From assembly GCA_030648835.1 (NCBI GenBank), contig JAUSGT010000002.1, forward strand, positions 155,665 to 198,080: a DNA stretch of 42,416 nt, read 5' to 3'. The notes beneath the pieces are model-generated. The model searched no databases and had not been told where the DNA came from. It saw only the letters and a list, made by a program, of their open reading frames with translations. Each line of letters opens with the position of its first letter. Within the stretch, counting starts at the first letter, position 1. The translations under genes and the position numbers were made by a program. This stretch comes from Candidatus Moraniibacteriota bacterium (lineage in GTDB: Bacteria; Patescibacteriota; Minisyncoccia; Moranbacterales; UBA1568). Below, in pieces: positions 1 through 7,430 of the stretch.

Positions 1-2
1 GC

Positions 3-170
3 GTACTGGAGGCCGATCTTCTCAGTACAGAGCGTATTCATTTGGATAAGGCCGATGCCATTTCTCATACGCGGGCTTTTATCCGGCATGATAGTGACCA
101 GCTGGCCAAGATGCTGATGCTCTTTCTTGAACTCGGTGAGTATGAAGGTATCCTTCGCGATATTGCTTGA
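3..170 (+). CDS. 3' end of an unidentified protein-coding gene (5' part outside the window)
   Basis: Frame 3 is open from the window edge to TGA 168-170 (..LAKMLMLFLELGEYEGILRDIA*). Too short for the ORF track. No family recognised. Confidence 0.4.
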   Translation, partial: VLEADLLSTERIHLDKADAISHTRAFIRHDSDQLAKMLMLFLELGEYEGILRDIA

Positions 171-202
171 TTGGTTTTTTCCTTTGTTTGAGCTGAAAAT
201 CG

Positions 203-230
203 TTGACAGAAAAGAAAAAAGTGGTACACT
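203..230 (+). promoter_or_regulatory. sigma70-like promoter TTGACA-16-TACACT
   Basis: TTGACA 203-208 and TACACT 225-230. Leaves a ~110-nt leader before ATG 347. Confidence 0.5.
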
Positions 231-346
231 GGAAGGCGTCTTCGGTAATGTATCCAACCGTTTTCCGTCTGTAGTCTTGTGGATGTAAGTATTTTTGTTT
301 CGGAGTTTTATCGTTGGCGGGGCGTTGAAATCTCACTTATCTTGAT

Positions 347-1093
347 ATGGCGAATTATATCCTTACTCTCAAAGAAGCCCGCGATGTGGCTGTTGGCACG
401 CGTCTTTTTGTTTTTGATAAGCCGGAAGGCTATGTGTTCAAGGCGGGCCAGTATGTCGCTATGATGGTGTCAAAAAGAGAAGGTATCGAACCGGACGCAA
501 GGGGATTCGCCCGTTCGCTTTCGATTGCTTCCGCGCCGTGTGAACCGGAATTGTATTTTGCTATGCGTCAGGGCGAAAGCACTTTCAAAAGAACGTTTTG
601 GCAGCTCGCGGTGGGCGATACGGTAACTGTTACCAAACCGGTGGGGTTTTTCGTCTTGCCTCCCGAAGAGGATACTCGCCCGATTGTGTTTTTGGCGGGA
701 GGAATCGGTATTACGCCGGTGCGCAGTATTTTGAAACAGGCCGAATACGAAAAAAGCAATCGCGACCTGATACTTTTTTACTCCAATCGTTTTCTGGAGG
801 ATGCCGCATTTGATGAAGAGATACGAAATATAGCGCTCGAAAAATTTCGTTTAGTGACGGTACTCAGCAAGTCCAAAGACGCCTGTGATCTTGGGAATGA
901 TGAGCGTGGTTATATCTGTGAACCGCTGTTGAAAAAATATCTGGGGAACAATATAATGAATTGCCTCTATTACATCGTCGGGTCGCCACAATTCAGCAGC
1001 GCGATGGAAAAAATACTCATCGATCTCGGTGTGCCAAAAGAACAGCGCCATATGGATCCGTTTACCGGTTTGCGCGCCGTCGATCAGAAGTAG
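347..1093 (+). CDS. ferredoxin-NADP reductase-like oxidoreductase (FAD/NAD(P)-binding domains)
   Basis: 248-aa ORF. RSLSIAS resembles the RxYS FAD-binding motif. LAGGIGITPVRSIL is a typical NAD(P)-binding glycine-rich motif of the FNR fold. Confidence 0.75.
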   Translation: MANYILTLKEARDVAVGTRLFVFDKPEGYVFKAGQYVAMMVSKREGIEPDARGFARSLSIASAPCEPELYFAMRQGESTFKRTFWQLAVGDTVTVTKPVGFFVLPPEEDTRPIVFLAGGIGITPVRSILKQAEYEKSNRDLILFYSNRFLEDAAFDEEIRNIALEKFRLVTVLSKSKDACDLGNDERGYICEPLLKKYLGNNIMNCLYYIVGSPQFSSAMEKILIDLGVPKEQRHMDPFTGLRAVDQK

Positions 1094-1128
1094 GTATCCA
1101 AAAAGGTAAGCGAGAGCCCTCCTCCACC

Positions 1129-1161
1129 CTTTGGGTTACGGGCGGGCAAGCAATGGTAGTA
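1129..1161 (+). repeat. conserved tRNA-Gly leader core, copy 1
   Basis: CTTTGGGTTACGGGCGGGCAAGCAATGGTAGTA matches 8966-8998 at 30 of 33 positions. It ends 9 nt before the tRNA. Confidence 0.8.
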
Positions 1162-1170
1162 TAAGAATAA

Positions 1171-1241
1171 GCGAGAGTAGTACAATGGTAGTACGCTAGC
1201 CTTCCAAGCTAGATACGCGGGTTCGATTCCCGTCTCTCGCT
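1171..1241 (+). tRNA. tRNA-Gly (anticodon TCC)
   Basis: 71-nt cloverleaf. Acceptor GCGAGAG/CTCTCGC, D arm GTAC-AATGGTA-GTAC, anticodon arm CTAGC-CTTCCAA-GCTAG, T arm GCGGG-TTCGATT-CCCGT. No encoded CCA. Confidence 0.9.
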
Positions 1242-1247
1242 CATAAA

Positions 1248-1285
1248 ACACAGAAGACTCCTTCAGGGGGTCTTCTGTGTTTTTG
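1248..1285 (+). terminator. rho-independent terminator after tRNA-Gly(TCC)
   Basis: 11-bp stem ACACAGAAGAC/GTCTTCTGTGT followed by TTTT. Confidence 0.8.
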
Positions 1286-1379
1286 TGAATGTGTGGATGG
1301 GAATCGAAGGGCATGAGTAGAAAGCGAGCAAGCGTAGCTTTCTGTGTGTAGTGCCCAGGCTCCGAGTCGGAGCGAGGAG

Positions 1380-1398
1380 GATTCCCGTCTCTCGCTCA
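1380..1398 (+). repeat. 19-nt direct duplicate of the tRNA-Gly(TCC) 3' end
   Basis: GATTCCCGTCTCTCGCTCA at 1380-1398 is identical to 1225-1243 (T-loop end, acceptor 3' strand and 2 nt beyond). No cloverleaf can be drawn upstream of it. It is followed by its own weak hairpin and a T-run (about 1413-1440). Confidence 0.8.
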
Positions 1399-1478
1399 AA
1401 TAAAAGAAACAAAACAGCTTTTGCGGGCTGTTTTTTTGTTTACCTTCGAGGATTTTTTAAGAAAGGTGTATACTGTAT

Positions 1479-2753
1479 GTGCTCTTTACAACTATTATGC
1501 TGCCTCTTTACCCAGCGGAGCGATCGAAAGTGTTCCGTAAAAAACATCTTTTCTTTTCCATCCCGGCCGTGATTTTTCTCGTCAGCGGACTCTATTTTTT
1601 TGCGCCTTTTTCTGAAAAAAAACAAGAAGTGTCTGTCGCTCCGCAAGAAGAAGCCGTGGTGCTTCCGCTCACTGATTGGGTGGATGAACAGCCGACGCTG
1701 GATGAAAAAGATATGTCGCAAGCAGGCGAAGAGGGGCTGCCGGTACTGCCAGCGCCCGCGGCGCCTCAAATGGAGCGGATGAAAAGCCAGGGCTGTGTGG
1801 CGGATGGCTTTCTCTCCGGGTATGGTGGTGATGTGAATAGTTCCATCGCGCTTATCAATCGTTCCAAGTGTTATTACTTGCACCGAGCGCTCGAGACGTG
1901 GCTTCGGCCACCGGACTTCAAGCTCGCGGGGAAGATCCAGAGGAAAGTTACCAAACCCAACACTGTTTACGGGATGTTTATCGCGGAGGCCATCGATACG
2001 AATGCCAATTATTATTATCCGGCCGAGCAGCGGGATTTTGATTTTGATGCCATGTGTCGTTCGGGGAGCAAGAATTTTTGGGGCGAACACACCTGCAAAC
2101 CGACTCTGGAACGGGAGGAATACCGAAAATATGTGCAGTATATTGCCGAACAGGCGATGAATATGGGTATCCAGAGTTTTCTCTTTGGCGAGGTATTTTA
2201 CCAGGATGCCTCGGATCTGTCGCAGAGCAGGATGCCGCAAGTCATTCAGAGTATGCGAGAATACGCCGATTTTCGGGGGATGAAGATTCTCGTTGGTGCG
2301 CAGACCAACGATATCGTCAATGAAAACTATTTGCGGCTCTTTGACTACATCGAAGGTGGTGTGGGGTTACAGAGCGATGGGAGTGTCGAAGATGGCCCCT
2401 GTTTTTCGCGTTGGTATGAGAAGCCGGGTGATTTTTGTTGGGCGCTTCTCTGGCATTCTAATTTTCTCAGTAAAGCGAATAACGTATTTGTTCATTTCGA
2501 TTGGAGCGGCAAGGGGGGGGATGATATGAGTGTTTTCACGCGGATGGATAAGGATACGCGAGCAGCGACCATGCGTCGTCTGCATACTTCTTTTACTTCT
2601 CGCAATATAGGATTTCTTATGCCGCTTCTGGCGACCTTGTACAAGGACAATGGCGGTTGTGAGGGGCCGAAAAAACGTTTCTATTCCGCGAGCAACAAAT
2701 ATTCCTGTCAAGATGAGGATGTTATCAATAGCATTTTGGGAAAGCGGAGGTAG
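1479..2753 (+). CDS. hypothetical membrane-anchored, Cys-rich protein
   Basis: 424-aa ORF (GTG 1479, alternative ATG 1497). It has an N-terminal hydrophobic segment (FFSIPAVIFLVSGLYFFAPF). No family confidently recognised. A glycoside-hydrolase-like barrel is only a guess. Confidence 0.6.
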   Translation: MLFTTIMLPLYPAERSKVFRKKHLFFSIPAVIFLVSGLYFFAPFSEKKQEVSVAPQEEAVVLPLTDWVDEQPTLDEKDMSQAGEEGLPVLPAPAAPQMERMKSQGCVADGFLSGYGGDVNSSIALINRSKCYYLHRALETWLRPPDFKLAGKIQRKVTKPNTVYGMFIAEAIDTNANYYYPAEQRDFDFDAMCRSGSKNFWGEHTCKPTLEREEYRKYVQYIAEQAMNMGIQSFLFGEVFYQDASDLSQSRMPQVIQSMREYADFRGMKILVGAQTNDIVNENYLRLFDYIEGGVGLQSDGSVEDGPCFSRWYEKPGDFCWALLWHSNFLSKANNVFVHFDWSGKGGDDMSVFTRMDKDTRAATMRRLHTSFTSRNIGFLMPLLATLYKDNGGCEGPKKRFYSASNKYSCQDEDVINSILGKRR

Positions 2754-2760
2754 CTAGTTG

Positions 2761-2789
2761 TGTCAAGAAAGACTTTCGTTTGCTATAAT
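2761..2789 (+). promoter_or_regulatory. extended -10 promoter (TGCTATAAT) for the RNHCP gene
   Basis: TGnTATAAT at 2781-2789. A weak -35, TGTCAA, lies 17 nt upstream. Confidence 0.45.
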
Positions 2790-2817
2790 TAGTCTATCTT
2801 GTAATAGGAAAGCGTTT

Positions 2818-3123
2818 GTGAAAACTTTTCAAAAAAAGAAAGAAGATTTCCGGTGCGAACGGTGTACAAGTGTGATCAGCGGAGATGGTTATACGAACCA
2901 TTGCCCGAAGTGTTTGTGGAGCAAACACGTAGATATTTTTCCGGGGGATCGGGCAGCTTCGTGTGGCGGGTTGATGGAGCCGGTGGCGTTCGAACACGCG
3001 GGCAAAAACGATACAATAACACACCGATGCTTCGCTTGTGGTTACGAAAAGAAAAATAAAGTGGCAAAGAATGATGATTTTGAAGCGCTTCTCGTGCTTT
3101 CTCGCCACTTTGCGAACCGGTAG
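2818..3123 (+). CDS. RNHCP domain protein (small zinc-ribbon protein)
   Basis: FRCERC..GYTNHCPKCLWSKHVDIFPGDRAASCGGLMEPV..HRCFACG matches the RNHCP family signature. GTG 2818 is preceded by GGAAAG and lies downstream of the promoter. The ORF track's longer TTG 2758 start, with GGAGG 7 nt upstream, is the alternative. Confidence 0.75.
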   Translation: MKTFQKKKEDFRCERCTSVISGDGYTNHCPKCLWSKHVDIFPGDRAASCGGLMEPVAFEHAGKNDTITHRCFACGYEKKNKVAKNDDFEALLVLSRHFANR

Positions 3124-3284
3124 TCAAAAGAAAACAGAAAAAAGAATACAAAATCGTATGCCCGGCAGTGAAACTTCGACTAGGCATTCAGGGATGATGA
3201 CGTGGGTAGAGGTATTGCAAAAATAAACACTAATTGGGACTTTCACGGTTTTTACGAAAACTGTCGAAGTTCTACTGACCGGGT

Positions 3285-5849
3285 ATGGTCTGGAAGAAAT
3301 TTTCTGTGGAAGACGTCCCGGGAACTTTTGCCGAGCTGGAGAGTTCGGAGAAGGGGCTGTCTTTGGAGGCGGCAAAGGATCGTTTGCGGGTAGACGGTAG
3401 GAATATATTGGAAGAAAAACCATTTTCTGTCACAGAGATGTTCAAGCGGCGCGTCCGTTCTTCTTTTCTCTATCTTCTTTTGGCTGCCGCCGGCCTTTCC
3501 TATTTTCTCGGCGAGCGTTTGGATGCCATACTCATTCTTACGTTTATCCTGATCAATGTCGGTCTGGAAACATATCAGGAATACCATTCCGAGAAAGCTA
3601 TTCGATTGCTCAAACGCTATCTCGTGACTCACACGCGGGTCAGGCGGTCCGGGGATATTATGACGATCGAAAGCCAGGAAGTGGTTTTGGGGGACATTGT
3701 TTTTGTGGAAGTAGGCGATCGGTTGTCTGCTGATGTACGTTTCATTGTCGCGAATGGACTCGAGCTTGATGAGAGTCTCATAACCGGTGAATCGCTCTCG
3801 GCCCACAAGATAATGACCACACTTCCCGTGTCACCGGCAGAAATGTATGAAGCCAAAAATATCGGTTTTGCCGGGACCACAGTGACGGCTGGCCGGGGAG
3901 AAGGGATTGTTTTTGCTACGGGGAAAAATACGGCTTTAGGTGACATTGCTTCGCTTTCGGAAGAGAATGGACACAAGACCACCTTTGAAAAGGGTATTGC
4001 GGAATTCAGCCGTTTTATCCTAAAACTGGTTCTCTTTACCATCACACTCGTTTTTATCGCCAATGTAATCATCAAAGGTGGTGACATCAATACGGTAGAG
4101 TTGCTTATTTTTTCTTTGGCGCTGGCGGTGTCAGTCGTTCCTGAGGCGTTGCCGGTCATCATCACGGTGGCGCTGTCTCGCGGAGCGCTCAGGTTGGCGG
4201 AGAAGAAGGTAGTGGTGAAACGCCTCTCGGCCATAGAAGACTTGGGGAGTATCGAAATTCTTTGTACGGACAAGACCGGGACATTGACGGAGAACATACT
4301 CTCCGTCAGCCGTATCCAAGCGCATGATGAAAGTCTCTGTCTTCAGTTGGCATTGGCCGCTTCTCTTGAGGAGCCTGTCGATCGGGGGCGGCTGCACGAC
4401 GCTTTTGATTTGGCATTATGGAAGCGGTTTACCAAAAAAGAACATGATGCGGTGCGGCATCTGCGACGGATCGATACTATTCCCTTTGATCCGGAGCGCC
4501 GGCGTAACAGCGTCCTTGTCGAGACAGCGGACAAAAAAAAGGAGATCATCGTTCGCGGAGCGCCGGAAGAAATCATCAGACTTTCTCGCAACGTGGATGC
4601 GTATACGACTCAGAATCTTTTGAGTTGGATGAAAGAAGCGGGTGAGCGGGGGGAGCGAGTACTGGCTGTGGCGCACAAGCCGTTTTCTTTGGGTCGTAAA
4701 TATACTTTGTATGAAGAGCAACAGTTGGAATTTGTGGGACTTATTTCATTTGCTGATCCGCTCAAGAAAACAGCCAAGGAAACGCTCAAACGGGCCGCGG
4801 CCCTCAATGTTGGCGTGAAAATTCTTACCGGCGATAGTGCGGAGGTGGCGGGCGCTGTCGGTTGCGCCGTGGGACTGCTCGCCTATCCCGGAGAAGTCAT
4901 TACCGGCAAGGCATTGACGGAAATGACGGACGAGGACCGCAAACAAGCGGTTTTCTCCCATTCGGTTTTCGCGCGAGTCTCTCCACGCGAGAAGTATGAA
5001 ATAATCAGAATTCTTCAGGAGAAGCACGCGGTGGGATTTTTGGGGGACGGCATCAACGATGCCCCGGCGCTCAAATTGGCCGACGTGGCGCTGGTGGTAC
5101 AGGGGGCAACGGACATAGCGCGGGAAGCGGCGGATGTTGTCTTGCTGCAGAAAAGTCTCGAGACAGTGATTGACGGAGTCAAGGAAGGCCGGGTAATTTT
5201 TGCCAACATTCTCAAATATTTGAAAATCACTTTGACGTCGAACTTTGGAAATTTTTATTCGGTAGCGCTGGTATCGCTCTTTCTTCCGTTTGTCCCGCTG
5301 CTTCCGATTCAGATTCTGCTTCTTAATCTTCTTTCGGATTTTCCGATGATTGCTATCGCTACCGACACGGTGGACCACGAAGAATTGGAAAAACCGAGAA
5401 GTTACCATATCCACGCAATTATTCTGGTAGCCACTCTGCTCGGTGGGATAAGTTCGCTTTTTGATTTTATGCTTTTCGGTGTTTTTGCCAAGGTATCGCC
5501 GGAGGCTTTGCAGACAGCCTGGTTTGTCTTGAGTGTCATCACGGAAGTCATCCTGATTTTTTCCTTGCGGACAAAATTCGCTTTTTTCCGCGCTCGACGA
5601 CCATCTTTCCTTCTTTCCTTTTTGTCACTCGCGGTACTCTTCGGCGCCTTGGTTTTGCCGTTCATCGCTGCGGGGAGGCAGGTTCTCCATTTCATCAAGC
5701 CGGACGCCTCTTTTATCATCATTATTGTTGGTCTCGTGGCGGGGTATTTTGTAGCGACCGAAGCGGTGAAGTTTTTTTACTATCACCATTTTCACAGAGA
5801 GCATTCTCTTCGTACGAAACGCAAAAGAACATCGCTGGCACACGCGTAA
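3285..5849 (+). CDS. cation-transporting P-type ATPase (Mg2+/Ca2+-type, P2/P3-like)
   Basis: 854 aa with TGES, the DKTGTLT phosphorylation motif, PEALP in a transmembrane helix, GDGINDAPAL and about 10 hydrophobic segments. Confidence 0.9.
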   Translation: MVWKKFSVEDVPGTFAELESSEKGLSLEAAKDRLRVDGRNILEEKPFSVTEMFKRRVRSSFLYLLLAAAGLSYFLGERLDAILILTFILINVGLETYQEYHSEKAIRLLKRYLVTHTRVRRSGDIMTIESQEVVLGDIVFVEVGDRLSADVRFIVANGLELDESLITGESLSAHKIMTTLPVSPAEMYEAKNIGFAGTTVTAGRGEGIVFATGKNTALGDIASLSEENGHKTTFEKGIAEFSRFILKLVLFTITLVFIANVIIKGGDINTVELLIFSLALAVSVVPEALPVIITVALSRGALRLAEKKVVVKRLSAIEDLGSIEILCTDKTGTLTENILSVSRIQAHDESLCLQLALAASLEEPVDRGRLHDAFDLALWKRFTKKEHDAVRHLRRIDTIPFDPERRRNSVLVETADKKKEIIVRGAPEEIIRLSRNVDAYTTQNLLSWMKEAGERGERVLAVAHKPFSLGRKYTLYEEQQLEFVGLISFADPLKKTAKETLKRAAALNVGVKILTGDSAEVAGAVGCAVGLLAYPGEVITGKALTEMTDEDRKQAVFSHSVFARVSPREKYEIIRILQEKHAVGFLGDGINDAPALKLADVALVVQGATDIAREAADVVLLQKSLETVIDGVKEGRVIFANILKYLKITLTSNFGNFYSVALVSLFLPFVPLLPIQILLLNLLSDFPMIAIATDTVDHEELEKPRSYHIHAIILVATLLGGISSLFDFMLFGVFAKVSPEALQTAWFVLSVITEVILIFSLRTKFAFFRARRPSFLLSFLSLAVLFGALVLPFIAAGRQVLHFIKPDASFIIIIVGLVAGYFVATEAVKFFYYHHFHREHSLRTKRKRTSLAHA

Positions 5850-5859
5850 AGCACTATGA

Positions 5860-6027
5860 CAAAACGGCGCGCTCATCAATGAAATGCTGGCGCGAGAAGG
5901 GTACACGTTTGTGGTGACGTATTCGCTGGATACCGCCAAGCAAGAAATTTTCCACTCGGTCGAGAAGCTCGCGCGTGACGAAAAAAAAGGCTTGTGGGAT
6001 GAAGCCATGTGCAATGGGAAGAAATAA
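5860..6027 (+). pseudogene. C-terminal remnant of a thermonuclease (staphylococcal-nuclease family)
   Basis: The frame is open only from 5860, with TGA immediately upstream at 5857-5859. It reads QNGALINEMLAREGYTFVVTYSLDTAKQEIFHSVEKLARDEKKGLWDEAMCNGKK*. This aligns with the SNase C-terminus (..[21 protein letters not shown]......AQAKKEKLNIWSE). There is no start codon and the catalytic N-terminal ~100 aa are absent. Confidence 0.6.
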
Positions 6028-6035
6028 TGAGCAAT

Positions 6036-6102
6036 AAAAAAACCACCCGTCGACCCGCTTCGCTGGGACTTCAGCGAGGCGAGTAAACTCAGGGTGGTTT
6101 TT
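6036..6102. terminator. compound bidirectional terminator downstream of thrS
   Basis: Outer arms AAAAAAACCACCC/GGGTGGTTTTT enclose a perfect 10-bp hairpin CGCTTCGCTG-GGACTT-CAGCGAGGCG. Confidence 0.7.
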
Positions 6103-6110
6103 ATTGCCAA

Positions 6111-7367
6111 TTATTTTTTGGAAGCGATGGTTTCGGTAAGAATTTCGATACACTGTTCGATAGTTTGCGCGCCGAGTGATCCTTCGCTTCGGTGTTCGAG
6201 AGTAACGTTTTTTGCCGCTACTTCTTTGTCACCGATGACTATGAGGTAGGGGATTTTCTGCACCTTGGCATTACGGACGCGTTTGCCGAGCGACTCATTG
6301 TCTTGATCGAGTTCTACACGGATGTTGTTTTTCTTGAGCAACTCGGTTACTTCTTTGGCATAGTCGCGATGGTTTTCTCCGATGGGTAACACGATCACCT
6401 GAACCGGTGCCAGCCACACCGGGAAAGCCCCAGCATAGTGCTCAATGAGAATACTCATGAAGCGCTCAATGGATCCCATTATGGCACAGTGAATCATGGC
6501 AATGCGCTCCTTCTCTCCTTGTTCATTGATGCACACGAGATCAAAGCGCTCGGGAAGATTGAAATCGAGCTGGATGGTGGCCACTTGCCATTCGCGGCCG
6601 AGAGAGTCGGTAGCCATAAAGTCTATTTTTGGTCCGTAAAGAGCGGCTTCACCGGGGCCATCGATGTAGTGAGTACTTTTCTTTTTGAGAATCTTCTCCA
6701 CTTGGTCTTCGGCTTCTTTCCACACTTCTCGGGTGCCGAGATATTTTTCGAAGTGTTCGGGGTCATGCCGGGAAAAACGGATTTTGAGTTCCGTAAATCC
6801 AAATGTGGCGTAGAAGGTGTGCACAATTTCCCATATCTTGAGCACTTCTTCTTCAATTTGGCTGTGGCGACAGAAAACATGGGCGTCATCTTGGGTGATG
6901 GATCGTACGCGCGCTAAGCCGTTGAGTTCGCCGGTTTGTTCATCGCGGTAGACTTTGGTGGTGTTGGCGTAGCGTTGGGGAAGAGCACGATAACTCCAGG
7001 GCTTTCTGGCGTAGATCTGGGTATGGTGGGGACAATTCATGGGCTTCATTGCCAAGAAATGTCCTTCGCGCGTTGTGATTTTGAAAAGTTCGTCTTGGAA
7101 TTTATCCCAATGGCCCGATGTTTCGTACAACTCTTTTTTTGTAATGTGGGGAATATCTACCTGGTCGTAGCCGTGACTTTTTCGCAATTCCCACACATAT
7201 GAGTCAAGGAGATTGCGCACGAGCGTCCCTTTAGGCGTCCACAAGGGAAGTCCGGAACCGACGAGATCGGAAAAGGTGAAGAGATCAAGCTCTCTCCCGA
7301 GACGTCGATGGTCATTGGGAGGAAGTGTTTCGGAATCTTTAATTTTTTCTTCGGGGAGGGGAGGCAT
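6111..7367 (-). CDS. thrS: threonyl-tRNA synthetase, catalytic and anticodon-binding domains only
   Basis: DHRRLGRELDLF.., HGYDQV.., SGHWDKFQDELF and class II core motifs are present. The ORF runs to 7424 but the first ATG (MPPLPEEK) is at 7367. The protein is about 420-437 aa, against about 640 aa for canonical bacterial ThrRS. Confidence 0.9.
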   Translation of the reverse strand: MPPLPEEKIKDSETLPPNDHRRLGRELDLFTFSDLVGSGLPLWTPKGTLVRNLLDSYVWELRKSHGYDQVDIPHITKKELYETSGHWDKFQDELFKITTREGHFLAMKPMNCPHHTQIYARKPWSYRALPQRYANTTKVYRDEQTGELNGLARVRSITQDDAHVFCRHSQIEEEVLKIWEIVHTFYATFGFTELKIRFSRHDPEHFEKYLGTREVWKEAEDQVEKILKKKSTHYIDGPGEAALYGPKIDFMATDSLGREWQVATIQLDFNLPERFDLVCINEQGEKERIAMIHCAIMGSIERFMSILIEHYAGAFPVWLAPVQVIVLPIGENHRDYAKEVTELLKKNNIRVELDQDNESLGKRVRNAKVQKIPYLIVIGDKEVAAKNVTLEHRSEGSLGAQTIEQCIEILTETIASKK

Positions 7368-7430
7368 ATGTTTATCGTTGTTTGTAGAATAGGGTGATTT
7401 GGCAATTATGACAAGGAGGCACAAGGTAAT

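Noticed and set aside
278-1300. DnaA-box-like nonamers (TGTGGATGT at 278-286 and TGTGGATGG at 1292-1300), raising the possibility of a replication origin near gyrB or recA.
   Set aside because: These are isolated imperfect matches with no cluster, no AT-rich unwinding element and no dnaA or dnaN in the window.
1300-1398. A second, intron-containing or degenerate tRNA ending at 1398.
   Set aside because: The upstream sequence cannot form an acceptor stem with CTCTCGC (GCGAGCA has two mismatches). It also lacks D, anticodon and T arms. Only the last 19 nt are tRNA-derived.
3124-3284. Possible Mg2+ (M-box) riboswitch upstream of the P-type ATPase, and a possible riboswitch in the 110-nt leader at 237-346.
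   Set aside because: I could not recognise any conserved riboswitch core sequence by eye, and the regions are short and weakly structured. An Rfam scan would be needed before making a claim.
5625-6153. Minus-strand ORFs 5625-6110 and 5854-6153.
   Set aside because: They overlap the ATPase 3' end, the nuclease remnant and the compound terminator. They have no motifs and no plausible start context.
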